Origin: an uncultured Thermodesulfobacteriota bacterium
GTDB lineage: Bacteria; Desulfobacterota; WTBG01; CAIYCZ01; CAIRTM01
Length of the DNA stretch: 64,000 nt
Direction of reading: 5' to 3'
Assembly (NCBI GenBank): GCA_964621615.1
Contig: CAZUMW010000003.1
Location: 131,619 to 195,618 of the forward strand
The notes beneath the pieces were generated by a model. It saw nothing but the letters and a program-made list of their open reading frames with translations, had not been told where the DNA came from and did not search any database. The translations under genes and the position numbers were made by a program. Position 1 is the stretch's first letter; every line of letters starts with the position of its first letter. Shown here piece after piece: positions 19,118-28,868 of the stretch.

Positions 19118-20468
19118 GCTTGTCGATGCCCAGCTTTTTGAGCCGGTAGCGCATGGAGCGGAACGATACGCCGAGCAGCTCAGCCGCGCCCTTTACCGAC
19201 CCCCTGCTTATTTTGAGCGCCTCCTGAATATAGCGCTTCTCGCACCCGGCGATGATGTCGTCGAGGCTGACGCCCTCGGGCGGAATAACGCAGGCTGAGG
19301 GCCCGGCCTCCGTTTGCTGGATGGTCTCCGGAAGCAGGATGTTTGTTTTTGACAGGGCAACGCCTTTTTCAACAATATTTTCAAGCTCGCGGACATTGCC
19401 GGGAAAGTGATAATTTTTGAGACAGGTCATGACAAAATCGGAAATTTCGCCCGGCTCCTTTCCCATTTGTTCGGCGTACTCGCGGGAAAAGTGCCTGACA
19501 AGAAGCGGGATATCGTCCGCGCGCTCGCGCAGCGGGGGGATATAGATATTGATGACGTTCAGGCGGTAGAAAAGATCCTCCCGGAACGTGCCCTCCTGAA
19601 CCTTCCGGTGCAGATCTTTGTTGGTGGCGGAAATCAGGCGCAGATCAACGGTTATTTCCTGCGTATCCCCGACCGGGGTAAAGGTCTTTTCCTGCACCGC
19701 GCGCAGCAGCTTGACCTGAAGGGACATCGGAAGCTCCCCCACCTCGTCCAGAAAAAGGGTGCCGCCGTGGGCTGTTTCCAGAAACCCTTTCTTGTCTTTT
19801 GAAGCGCCGGTGAAGGCGCCTTTCCTGTACCCGAAAAGCTCGCTTTCAAGCAGCGTTTCGGGTATGCCGCCGCAGTTGATTGTCACAAAGGGCTTGTCGC
19901 GCTGGGCGCTGTGTGCGTGTATCGCTCTGGCAACAAGCTCCTTGCCCGTTCCGCTCTCCCCGGTAATGAGCACATTGCTTTTGGAGGATGCAGCCCGCGG
20001 AATCAGGTCGAACACCCGCTGCATTGCCGCGCTGCGGCCGATCATGCCGAAGGAGGACTCCTGCCCGCCCCCGGCGTCCTCAGCCGGCTTCATGTCAGCG
20101 GCTTTGGCGCGGTGAGCAAGCGCGCGCTCTATTTTCTGTTTTATATCCTCGACATCGAAGGGCTTTGTTATATAGTCGTATGCCTCCTCGTCCATCGACT
20201 GCTTTGCTGTTTCAAAGGACGCAAAGGCGGTTATCATAATGAATATTGTTTCAGGGGAGCGCGCCCGTACCCGCTTGAGAAGGCTGAGCCCGTCCATGAC
20301 CGGCATTTTAATATCGGCAACCACGACATCGTATGTGCTGTGGCGAAACAGAGCCAGCGCTTTTTCGCCGTTTGCCGCGCAGGTAACCTCATAGCCTTCG
20401 CGGTGCAGATAGATTTCAAGCATTTCGCGAATGCTTTGTTCATCATCGACCACAAGTATCCTGGGCAT
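19107..20468 (-). CDS. pilR: Sigma-54-dependent response regulator (REC-AAA+-Fis; PilR/NtrC family)
   Basis: REC domain ILVVDDEQSIREML. AAA+ GESGTGKELVARAIH. GAFTGA σ54-interaction motif. C-terminal HTH. Start placed at MPRILVV (20468). Confidence 0.85.
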   Translation of the reverse strand: MPRILVVDDEQSIREMLEIYLHREGYEVTCAANGEKALALFRHSTYDVVVADIKMPVMDGLSLLKRVRARSPETIFIMITAFASFETAKQSMDEEAYDYITKPFDVEDIKQKIERALAHRAKAADMKPAEDAGGGQESSFGMIGRSAAMQRVFDLIPRAASSKSNVLITGESGTGKELVARAIHAHSAQRDKPFVTINCGGIPETLLESELFGYRKGAFTGASKDKKGFLETAHGGTLFLDEVGELPMSLQVKLLRAVQEKTFTPVGDTQEITVDLRLISATNKDLHRKVQEGTFREDLFYRLNVINIYIPPLRERADDIPLLVRHFSREYAEQMGKEPGEISDFVMTCLKNYHFPGNVRELENIVEKGVALSKTNILLPETIQQTEAGPSACVIPPEGVSLDDIIAGCEKRYIQEALKISRGSVKGAAELLGVSFRSMRYRLKKLGIDKHDV

Positions 20469-20559
20469 GCCGGGAGCTCCTGTTTGCAGTATGAAAATCA
20501 CATGCATTGAGGCGGCCAAAGGCCGTGCACCGGATGGGAAGCTGCACGCCGCGCCGCCG

Positions 20560-21846
20560 CTATCGCGGCCTGCGGTACACAACGGCGCCGGCAACGATGG
20601 TATAGGCGCAGCGGCCCGTTAGCTGCCAGCCGTGAAAGGGGGTGTTCCTGCTCTTGGATGCAAACTGTTCTTTATCGACAGTAAATTCTTCTGAGGGATC
20701 GATCACGGTTATATCTGCGGCCGCACCCCGGGCGATCCGCCCTCTATCGATTCCGATGACCGCTGCGGGCCGAACCGTCATTTTTTCGATTGCCTGCGCA
20801 AGGGTAAGCACGCTTTCGCGGACAAGCGCGAGCGCAAGCGGAAGCGATGTTTCAAGACCGATAATACCGAACGCTGCCCTGTCGAACTCAACGTCCTTTT
20901 CCAGGCTGGAGTGGGGGGCGTGGTCGCTGGCAATCACATCGATCGTTCCGTCGGCAAGGCCGGCACGGACCGCTGCGACGTCCCCGTCAGTGCGCAGGGG
21001 CGGGTACATTTTTGTCGCGGTGTCGAAGCCGGCAACCGCTTTATCGGTAAGCGTAAAATAATGGGGTGCGGTTTCCGCGGTGACCGGTACGCCGCGCGCC
21101 TTTGCCTCGCGCACCAGCCCGACGGCGCGGGCGGTGCTGACATGGGCGATATGAACCGGATGCCCGGTGAGCTCCGAAAGCATAATATCACGCGCGACAA
21201 CACTGTCTTCAGCAGCTGCGGGGATTCCGCGAAGCCCGAGCATCGTGGAGACGGCGCCTTCGTTCATTACGCCGTCGCCGGAGAGGCTGTAGTCCTGACA
21301 GTGGCACATGACGGGCATGGAAAAGCTTGCCGCATATTCGAGCGACAGCCGCATGATGCGCCCGTCTGCTATGGTTCTGCCGTCATCTGAAAGGGCAACA
21401 GCGCCGGCCTCTTTCAGGTCGCCCATCTCGGTGAGGTCGGCGCCCTTGAGCCCGCGGGTAAGCGCTGCCACGGGCAGCACAGTGACGCAGGCCTGCGCGG
21501 AGGCTCTTTCACAGATAAAGCGGGTGACAGAGGCAGTGTCATTGACCGGGCTGGTATTGGGCATGCAGGCTATGGTGGTAAATCCGCCTGCGGCAGCGGA
21601 CATCGCCCCCGTACGAATGGTTTCCTTATATTCGAACCCCGGCTCCCGAAGGTGGGTGTGTATGTCAATAAGCCCCGGGGCGACAACCATGCCCCCGGCA
21701 TCGATGACCTCACAGGCGCTGTCTGTCCCGGATGAGCCGCACTCGGCAATATCCGATATCCTGCCATCGGTTATTATAACGTCGCGCACTGCATCAAGCC
21801 CTGATGCCGGATCCACAACCCGTCCGTTTTTTATGCAAAGGTCCAT
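20560..21846 (-). CDS. pyrC: Dihydroorotase
   Basis: DIHTHLREPG metal-binding motif and conserved amidohydrolase core. The alternative upstream start at 21870 would overlap pyrB. Confidence 0.8.
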   Translation of the reverse strand: MDLCIKNGRVVDPASGLDAVRDVIITDGRISDIAECGSSGTDSACEVIDAGGMVVAPGLIDIHTHLREPGFEYKETIRTGAMSAAAGGFTTIACMPNTSPVNDTASVTRFICERASAQACVTVLPVAALTRGLKGADLTEMGDLKEAGAVALSDDGRTIADGRIMRLSLEYAASFSMPVMCHCQDYSLSGDGVMNEGAVSTMLGLRGIPAAAEDSVVARDIMLSELTGHPVHIAHVSTARAVGLVREAKARGVPVTAETAPHYFTLTDKAVAGFDTATKMYPPLRTDGDVAAVRAGLADGTIDVIASDHAPHSSLEKDVEFDRAAFGIIGLETSLPLALALVRESVLTLAQAIEKMTVRPAAVIGIDRGRIARGAAADITVIDPSEEFTVDKEQFASKSRNTPFHGWQLTGRCAYTIVAGAVVYRRPR

Positions 21847-21859
21847 ACCGTGATCACCG

Positions 21860-22786
21860 CTATCTTCCAATTAACAGGTACATCAGCGCCATTCTGACCG
21901 CAACCCCCCCAGCGACCTGGTCAAGTATAACCGTATAGGGGCCGGACAAAAGCTCGGGCGATATTTCCACTCCCCGGTTTACCGGCCCGGGGTGCATAAT
22001 GAGCACATCCTGTTTAGCCTGCCGCAGCTTCTCCCTGCTGAGCCCGAAATACCGTGCGTATTCGCGGATCGAGGGGAAGAGATTGCCCTTTTGCCGCTCT
22101 TTCTGTATCCTGAGCATCATAATCACGTCGGCATCCCGAATCGCTTCCTGCATATCGGGCACAAAGCTGCAGCCGAGCTGCTCCACACAGGGGGGGATCA
22201 TTGTTCGCGGCCCGGACACGCATATCCGTGAGCCCATTTTGACAAGAAGCTGAATGTTCGAGCGGGCCACCCGGCTGTGTGTGATATCCCCGATAATGGC
22301 AATATTGAGCCCGTCGAGCCGCTGCTTTTTCTCGCGTATGGTGAAGGCGTCCAGCAGCGCCTGTGTGGGGTGCTCGTGCGCCCCGTCCCCTGCGTTTATT
22401 ATGGCGCACGGAAGGAGCGTGGCCAGTATTTTCGGCGCGCCGGCGCAGCTGTGGCGAAGCACGATAAGATCGGGGTTCATCGCCTGAAGATTCTTTCCGG
22501 TATCCTCGAGCGTTTCGCCCTTGACCACGCTGCTTGTGCTCGTGGAAATGTTGACAACGTCAGCGCTCAGGCGCTTTCCCGCGATTTCAAATGAGGTGCG
22601 GGTTCTGGTGCTGGGCTCGAAAAAGAGATTAATAATGGTTTTGCCGCGCAGGGTCGGAACTTTTTTGATTTCGCGGGAAGAGACCTCTTTCATGGAGGCA
22701 GCGGTATCAAGAATAAGGGAGACTTCTGCGGGAGAAAGATCGCCGACGCCGAGGACGTCTTTATTCTTCAGTTCCATTGTGTGCAC
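21860..22786 (-). CDS. pyrB: Aspartate carbamoyltransferase catalytic subunit
   Basis: STRTRTSFE carbamoyl-phosphate site and HPTQALLD motif. Confidence 0.9.
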   Translation of the reverse strand: MHTMELKNKDVLGVGDLSPAEVSLILDTAASMKEVSSREIKKVPTLRGKTIINLFFEPSTRTRTSFEIAGKRLSADVVNISTSTSSVVKGETLEDTGKNLQAMNPDLIVLRHSCAGAPKILATLLPCAIINAGDGAHEHPTQALLDAFTIREKKQRLDGLNIAIIGDITHSRVARSNIQLLVKMGSRICVSGPRTMIPPCVEQLGCSFVPDMQEAIRDADVIMMLRIQKERQKGNLFPSIREYARYFGLSREKLRQAKQDVLIMHPGPVNRGVEISPELLSGPYTVILDQVAGGVAVRMALMYLLIGR

Positions 22787-23315
22787 CCTGCGTTACTATG
22801 ACCTGATCGATCCCGTCATCCTCTTCGAGCAGCACCTCCACAAGCTCATCCTTTGTGGTGGATATGCTTTTGCCTGCATAATTGGGCTGTATCGGGAGCT
22901 CCCGGTGCCCGCGATCGATCAGCACCACCAGCCGGATGGCTTTGGGGCGGCCCATATCAATGATGCTGTCAAGAGCGGCGCGGATTGTCCGTCCGGTGTA
23001 CAGCACGTCGTCGCACAAAAGGATTTTTTTATCGTGAATATCAAAAGGGATTTCAGTCTTTTTGAGAACCGGCTGCGCGGCTATTTCAGAAAGATCGTCG
23101 CGGTAGAGGTTAATGTCCAGCGCACCGACGGGAACCGTCACTCCCGCATACTTGTGCAGCTTTGCGGCAATGCGCTCGGCAATGGTAACCCCGCGCCTCC
23201 TGATGCCGATAAGCACAAAATTGCCGCCCCTGTTGCGCTCCCATATCTCATGGGCCATGCGGTTCAGGGTGATGGCAATGTCCTGTCCGTCAAGAATTAA
23301 GCCGGTTTTCTTCAT
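22761..23315 (-). CDS. pyrR: Bifunctional pyrimidine operon regulator / uracil phosphoribosyltransferase PyrR
   Basis: 184 aa. [28 protein letters not shown] aligns with the PyrR N-terminus. PRTase motif [13 protein letters not shown]. Confidence 0.85.
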   Translation of the reverse strand: MKKTGLILDGQDIAITLNRMAHEIWERNRGGNFVLIGIRRRGVTIAERIAAKLHKYAGVTVPVGALDINLYRDDLSEIAAQPVLKKTEIPFDIHDKKILLCDDVLYTGRTIRAALDSIIDMGRPKAIRLVVLIDRGHRELPIQPNYAGKSISTTKDELVEVLLEEDDGIDQVIVTQGAHNGTEE

Positions 23316-23318
23316 GTG

Positions 23319-23345
23319 TGCTCATAAAAAAACCTTCCCAACAAA
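23319..23345 (-). promoter_or_regulatory. Leader stem-loop + U-run immediately upstream of pyrR (attenuator/terminator-like)
   Basis: Minus-strand CCTTCC-tgatttgttg-GGAAGG followed by TTTTTTT, ending ~10 nt before the pyrR ATG. Confidence 0.35.
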
Positions 23346-23403
23346 TCAGGAAGGTGTTAGTTATCTTTTCTTACACCGCATAAAATAACATTTATTAACA
23401 CTG

Positions 23404-23674
23404 GTGTCCAAAATAATGTAATGAAGCCGGTTCGGGCGGGGCTCTGCAAAGCCCCCGCAACAAGTGAAGAGGTTATGGAACGGCATGTGCCGTTACATTT
23501 CAGCAGACACACGGTCCGGAGGAAGGTGCTGTTTGGGATAATCCCTGCAAAATGCCTGTTCCTGAGTACAGTGAGCGGTATCGGGCCGTCCATGAAGTGG
23601 GGTTTCATATGGCGGCGGCTGCGCAGGGACCCGCCCGAACCGGTTTTTTTAATGCTTTAATTTATTTTGGACAC
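23404..23674. repeat. ~270-bp element bounded by a bipartite inverted repeat (MITE-like or long-range RNA helix)
   Basis: The 13-bp arm 23404-23416 gtgtccaaaataa is an exact reverse complement of 23662-23674. The 14-bp arm 23427-23440 ccggttcgggcggg is an exact reverse complement of 23630-23643. Located in the pyrR/asnB divergent intergenic region. Confidence 0.45.
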
Positions 23675-23849
23675 GTTTGATTTATTAACATAATTAAATT
23701 ATGCCGTATGTCTGCTTTTTTTTTACGTATCACAGCATACAGTTCCGGTCAAGAAAAAAGCGCGGCAATAACGCGCGGCTCATGTTTTGTGCATATAAAA
23801 CGATATAAAGAGAAAAATACTTTCAGGCAAGCCGGGGAGAGGGAAGGCC

Positions 23850-25775
23850 GTGTGTGGAATTTGCGGAAAGCTGTTTGTCGACGCTGAGCGAAGAGTGGAT
23901 CGGGAGCTGATAGCCCGCATGTGCTCTGTGCTTCATCATCGGGGGCCTGATGATGAAGGCGTGTATTGTAAGGGAGCCGTGGGGCTCGGCCACCGCCGCC
24001 TCAGCATACTTGATCTGAGCCGGGCCGGCCGTCAGCCGATGTCAAATGAGGATGGGACGGTGTGGCTTGTGTGCAACGGGGAAATTTATAATTATCCCCA
24101 GCTCAGGCAGGAGCTGATTGAACGGGGGCACACATTTTCATCGCGCACTGACACCGAAACGATTATTCACTTATATGAGGAGCGGGGCATAGACTGCCTG
24201 GCCGGGCTGCGCGGCATGTTTTCCTTTGCGCTCTGGGACTCCGTAAAGCGGCGCCTTTTGCTTGCGCGCGACCGCGCCGGGCAGAAGCCGCTGGTGTATT
24301 TCTGGGACGGGCGGCAGCTTGTGTTTGCGTCCGAGCTGAAATCCCTGCTGCAGGATGACACCATCGAGCGGTCGATCGACCCTCTGGCAATTCACTATTA
24401 TCTTACCTATCAGTATGTTCCCGCACCGCGGACCATGTTTGGGAATGTCCGCAAGCTGCCGCCCGCCCACTACATGATATATGAAAGCGGACAGGCGGCG
24501 GTCAGGCGGTACTGGGATTTGTCCGCTTCGGAGACGTGCCGGTACGCCGGCGCGCGCGAATACCGCGAGCATTTTTTTCAGGTGTTTGGCGAGGCCGTCC
24601 GCATGCGCCTTCACAGCGACGTGCCCTTTGGCGCTTTTCTAAGCGGGGGGGTTGATTCGAGCCTGGTTGTGTCCCTCATGAGCGGATTTCTCGCAGAGCC
24701 TGTTAAGACTTTCTCGATCGGGTTTAAGGAGCAGCAGTACAATGAGCTGCCCTATGCGCGGATTGTTGCAGATGCATACGGCACGGATCATCATGAATTT
24801 GTTGTGGAGCCCGATGTTGTTTCCATTCTGCCGGGCCTTGTGTGGCAGTATAATGAGCCGTTTGCAGACTCATCGGCAATTCCCACCTATATGCTTTCTC
24901 AGATGACCCGGCGCCATGTAACAATGGCCCTGAGCGGCGACGGCTGCGATGAGTGCTTTGCGGGATATGAGCGCTACCGGCAGGCGCTGCGGCGGCGGGC
25001 CGTTCTCGGCATACCCGCGCCGCTGTGGCGCGCGGCCCGGAAGGCCCTTGGGCGGATCTCCGCCGGCAGGCGCTACCGCTCGCCGTGGCGCCGCCTCCAC
25101 CGGTATGCTGCCCGTGCCGGGTCCGGCCCCGAGAGCCGCTATCTGGAAAGCCTCTACCGGTTCGATCCCTTTTTGCTGCAGGAGCTGTATGCAGGCGGCT
25201 TTGCCGAGCAGTGCGGCGGATGCGATGCGTCTCTGTATATACACGATTTATTTAAGCGGGCCCGCGGGTGCTCCTTTCTGGACAAGCTGCTGTATGTCGA
25301 CAGCATGTCATACCTGCCTGAGGATCTGCTGGTAAAGATCGATATGGCAAGCATGGCCCATTCCCTGGAGGTGCGCTCTCCGTTTGTTGACCATGTCGTC
25401 ATGGAATGCGCTGCCGCTGCGCCCGCTGAAATGAAGATCAAAAACGGGCAGACAAAGTATATCTTAAAGCAGATCGTAAAAGACCGGCTTCCCCGCCCGG
25501 TTGTTTTCAGGAAGAAGAAAGGGTTCGCGATTCCGCTGGAGCACTGGTTCCGCTCAGATCTGCGGGAGATGATGTATGATGTCCTGTGCGACCGGACCGC
25601 GCGCTGCCGCGGCTATTTCGACCCTGAGTGCGTCCGCATGCTTCTTGATGAGCACTGCAGCGCAACCTATGATCACTCATCGCGGATCTGGACCCTTCTG
25701 TGCCTGGAGCTCTGGCATAGAATATTTATTGATAAAAGCGTTACGCCTCCAGAAAGGCCGGCAGGGTATGCATAA
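23850..25775 (+). CDS. asnB: Asparagine synthase (glutamine-hydrolysing), AsnB family
   Basis: GTG start gives MCGICGK, with Cys2 as the Ntn nucleophile of class II GATases. C-domain SGGVDSS PP-loop. SD GGGAAGG upstream. Confidence 0.8.
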   Translation: MCGICGKLFVDAERRVDRELIARMCSVLHHRGPDDEGVYCKGAVGLGHRRLSILDLSRAGRQPMSNEDGTVWLVCNGEIYNYPQLRQELIERGHTFSSRTDTETIIHLYEERGIDCLAGLRGMFSFALWDSVKRRLLLARDRAGQKPLVYFWDGRQLVFASELKSLLQDDTIERSIDPLAIHYYLTYQYVPAPRTMFGNVRKLPPAHYMIYESGQAAVRRYWDLSASETCRYAGAREYREHFFQVFGEAVRMRLHSDVPFGAFLSGGVDSSLVVSLMSGFLAEPVKTFSIGFKEQQYNELPYARIVADAYGTDHHEFVVEPDVVSILPGLVWQYNEPFADSSAIPTYMLSQMTRRHVTMALSGDGCDECFAGYERYRQALRRRAVLGIPAPLWRAARKALGRISAGRRYRSPWRRLHRYAARAGSGPESRYLESLYRFDPFLLQELYAGGFAEQCGGCDASLYIHDLFKRARGCSFLDKLLYVDSMSYLPEDLLVKIDMASMAHSLEVRSPFVDHVVMECAAAAPAEMKIKNGQTKYILKQIVKDRLPRPVVFRKKKGFAIPLEHWFRSDLREMMYDVLCDRTARCRGYFDPECVRMLLDEHCSATYDHSSRIWTLLCLELWHRIFIDKSVTPPERPAGYA

Positions 25776-26898
25776 GCGCGTGCTCATGATAATCTCGCTG
25801 TATTATCCCCATTGCGGCGGCTCTGAGCAGCAGGCGCACCTGCTTGCAAGAAATCTCTTGCAAAAAAGCTGTTCGGTGCGCATCCTCACCAGAAAATTCA
25901 GGGGCCTTCCCGCCCGTGAAACAATCGATGGGGTGCCCGTCGTGCGCGCTATACGCGTTATTCCGGCTAAGGGCTTGTTCGGCATGACGTATATGCTGTC
26001 GGTGCTGATCTTTTTGCTGCGCGCGCGGCAGAGCTTCGACATAATTCACTGTCACGAGTTTTCCGGGTTCCACTGTATTGTTGCGGTTGCTTTCGGAAAA
26101 ATATTCAACAAAAAAGTTGTCGGGCGGGTTGCCTCGAGCGGGGCCGGAAGCGATTTTAAAAAAATAAAAAAAAGCCTGTATGGCCGCCTGTGCATACGGG
26201 CCTATCAAAGCATCGACCGGCTGGTGACGCTGTGCAGCGCCTCGTCCGAGGAGGCCCGCCTGGAGGGGTTTGATGACGCCGCAGTGCGCTGCATTCCAAA
26301 CGGGGTTGACATCGATGTGTTCCGGCCCGCCGGGGGCGCTGATGCGCAGCGGGAAACCGTTGTCTACGTAGGGCGCCTGATAGAGAGCAAGGGGGTTCAG
26401 GTTCTTCTGGAGGCGTTTGAGCTGCTTGCCGAAGAGCGCCCCGGAGCGCGGCTTTCTGTTGTGGGCGATGGGCCGATGAGGCGGCGGCTTCAGCGCTGTG
26501 CTGCGGCGCTGCCCTGCAGGGACAGGATTTCCTTTCACGGCAGCTGCGGCGATGTCCAGCGCTTTTTGAAAACAGCGTCCGTATTTGTGCTTCCCTCCTT
26601 TGTGGAAGGGCTGCCAAACGCGCTGATCGAGGCCATGGCATGCGGGCTGCCGGTTGTGGCCACACGGGTCGGCGGCATACCCGACGTCGTTGATGACGGG
26701 CGCACCGGTATCCTTGTTGCCCCGGGGGATCGCAGCGATGTGGCCGATGCGCTCAAGGTGCTGTGTGGCAGCGCACATATGCGAGCGCAGATGGGCAGCG
26801 CGGCGCGCGAAACGATTGTGCAGCGCTACTCAATCGAAGCTGCCGCACGGCGGTATATCGATCTTTACGACGAGCTGCTTGAGCGCAGGGGCGGGTAA
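25768..26898 (+). CDS. Glycosyltransferase family 4
   Basis: MHKRVLMIISLYYPHCGGSEQQ N-terminus and C-terminal EGLPNALIEAMACGLPVVAT. The start overlaps the asnB stop by 8 nt. Confidence 0.75.
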   Translation: MHKRVLMIISLYYPHCGGSEQQAHLLARNLLQKSCSVRILTRKFRGLPARETIDGVPVVRAIRVIPAKGLFGMTYMLSVLIFLLRARQSFDIIHCHEFSGFHCIVAVAFGKIFNKKVVGRVASSGAGSDFKKIKKSLYGRLCIRAYQSIDRLVTLCSASSEEARLEGFDDAAVRCIPNGVDIDVFRPAGGADAQRETVVYVGRLIESKGVQVLLEAFELLAEERPGARLSVVGDGPMRRRLQRCAAALPCRDRISFHGSCGDVQRFLKTASVFVLPSFVEGLPNALIEAMACGLPVVATRVGGIPDVVDDGRTGILVAPGDRSDVADALKVLCGSAHMRAQMGSAARETIVQRYSIEAAARRYIDLYDELLERRGG

Positions 26899-26951
26899 TG
26901 CAGCGGGTTCGGCCCGGCCAACTTCTCCGGGGCGTATGCGGGAACGGGGGC

Positions 26952-28790
26952 TCAGTTGATATACCCAAGCGCTTCAAGCTGCTTTTTAGTGTTTTTGTCG
27001 ATTACGGCTCGCGTGATCTGCTCGGCGCACACCGGTGGCATCTGCAGGAATGTATCAAGAGCCGCTGTCAGGTTCGTGTTTTCAGCACAGTGCGGCGCGC
27101 GGTTCACCGATTCCGAGGGGTCTGTGTCTAAATTGTAGCACTCAGCCGCATCCGTGCTGGTGTAGCCGATGAGCTTCCACTTGTGCCTGCTGCGCTCAGT
27201 GTTGCGAATGTATTTATGGCCGTTCTGAATGACGCACATCTTTTCTGTCCCGTACAGCGTGGCTGTTGCAAAAACGGCCCTGTTTGCGGGGGGTGCAGCA
27301 CCCCCCGGCGGGGAAAGCAGGTTTCTGCCCTGCATGGGGGCGCCGCACGGCTCGGTGCGCGTTAATGCAAGGATCGTCGGGTGAATATCAATCAGCTGCA
27401 CGGGGGCTGAAACAGCGTTTGATGAAACGGCGCGCCCGGCAATGATAAGCGGGACGTGCAGCAGTTCGTTATAGAGGGTGTGCCCGTGCTCAAAGTTGCG
27501 GTGGTCCCAGAATTCCTCTCCGTGATCAGCGGTTATGATCAATATCGTATTGTCCAGCAGGCTGCTGTTTTTTAGCTGCAGGAGTATGTTTTTTATATTT
27601 TCATCTATATACCGGATCTGCCCGTCATACAGATCGACAATCCGCTGCTTTTCCTCCGGGGAAAGCTGCCCCTTTTTCGTCATCAGGCGTATTTTTTTCA
27701 ATACGCTGCCCCGGCCGCTGTGCGTACGCAGGGGCTTTTTGCCAATAAACGTATTGGTAAACATATTGGCCTTGTATGGCGTGTGGGCATCCATGTAATG
27801 AATATAGGCAAAAAACGGCGTGTTGTTTGTGTTTTGAATATAGCGCAAAAAGTCATGGGTTATGGCCTCTCCCGCACGCTTGGCGTAGGGGCGGTACAGA
27901 TAGCGGGAAAAGCCCTGGTCCACATTGAAGTCCTTTTTAACAAACAGGTTCCCGCCGTTGAAAAACGCGGTATGGTAGCCGCTGTTTTTCAGCGCTTCGG
28001 CGGTGGTGACCAGCGTGTCTGGCATGGTGCTGCCCGGGCTTATTATGTTGTGGACATGCGGATACAGCGATGTAAAAAGCGATGCAACAGAGGGCTTGGT
28101 CCAGGGGGCCTGTGCGTATGCCCGGCTGAATACGGTGCCCGCGCCCGCCAGAGCGTCGATGGCGGGGGAGGTGTTCCGCCCGTATCCGTAACACCCAAGA
28201 TGGTCGGCGCGCAGGCAGTCTATAACGATAAGGACGATGTTCGGGCGGCCCGCGGCGGTAAGCGATGTTGCCGCCGGGACAGCATACAGGATGAAAATGA
28301 AAATCAGCGCCACAAGGGCCAGGCATTTGACGGCCGCAGCGGCTCTGCTGAGAAGCCGGCCCTTTGGCAGAGAAACAATTATCCATGCAGCTGCAAAAAC
28401 GGCAGCTGCAGCGATAATCCGGGCGGGGCTGCTGAAAAAAGCGGTGCGTGCTGAAGCTGCGGCGGCTGTCAGAACGCATATGCCGGCAATGACAGCTGCG
28501 GCAGCACAAAGCGCTTTTTGTCTTCGGCCCGAGTGGCTGAAGCAGAGCTGTTTTGTGTAAATGGCCGCTGCGCCGGCGAAGGCCCCTGCCGCCCCGCCGG
28601 CGCATGCGGCGATAAGATGGCCGGGCAGGTTTTTTTGCAGAATCAGGCATATGAGAGTATAGAGGCCGTAAAGCTGATAGCCCTGCCGAATGATTTCCGG
28701 CAGCGCGCTGCCGAACCCTGCAGCGCTGCCGGCGATTATGCTCACTCCGGCAATCATGAACAATTGATTTTTAATCCTGTCGGGGGGCAT
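26952..28790 (-). CDS. Membrane-anchored sulfatase (alkaline-phosphatase superfamily, LTA-synthase-like architecture)
   Basis: N-terminal ~5 TM helices followed by the sulfatase core PNIVLIVIDCLRADHLGCYGY (the C-x-x-R / Ser catalytic motif region). Start taken at MPPDRIK. Confidence 0.7.
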   Translation of the reverse strand: MPPDRIKNQLFMIAGVSIIAGSAAGFGSALPEIIRQGYQLYGLYTLICLILQKNLPGHLIAACAGGAAGAFAGAAAIYTKQLCFSHSGRRQKALCAAAAVIAGICVLTAAAASARTAFFSSPARIIAAAAVFAAAWIIVSLPKGRLLSRAAAAVKCLALVALIFIFILYAVPAATSLTAAGRPNIVLIVIDCLRADHLGCYGYGRNTSPAIDALAGAGTVFSRAYAQAPWTKPSVASLFTSLYPHVHNIISPGSTMPDTLVTTAEALKNSGYHTAFFNGGNLFVKKDFNVDQGFSRYLYRPYAKRAGEAITHDFLRYIQNTNNTPFFAYIHYMDAHTPYKANMFTNTFIGKKPLRTHSGRGSVLKKIRLMTKKGQLSPEEKQRIVDLYDGQIRYIDENIKNILLQLKNSSLLDNTILIITADHGEEFWDHRNFEHGHTLYNELLHVPLIIAGRAVSSNAVSAPVQLIDIHPTILALTRTEPCGAPMQGRNLLSPPGGAAPPANRAVFATATLYGTEKMCVIQNGHKYIRNTERSRHKWKLIGYTSTDAAECYNLDTDPSESVNRAPHCAENTNLTAALDTFLQMPPVCAEQITRAVIDKNTKKQLEALGYIN

Positions 28791-28868
28791 GATATACTGA
28801 TCACCTTTTGTTTCACCATATAAGCGGTTAGCTCCTACCATATGTATCAGAAGCGCGAAGATAATTCA

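Noticed and set aside
23357-23660. Two overlapping 79/83-aa ORFs in the pyrR-asnB intergenic region
   Set aside because: They fall inside the inverted-repeat-bounded element, lack SD sequences and overlap each other on opposite strands. More likely non-coding structured DNA/RNA.
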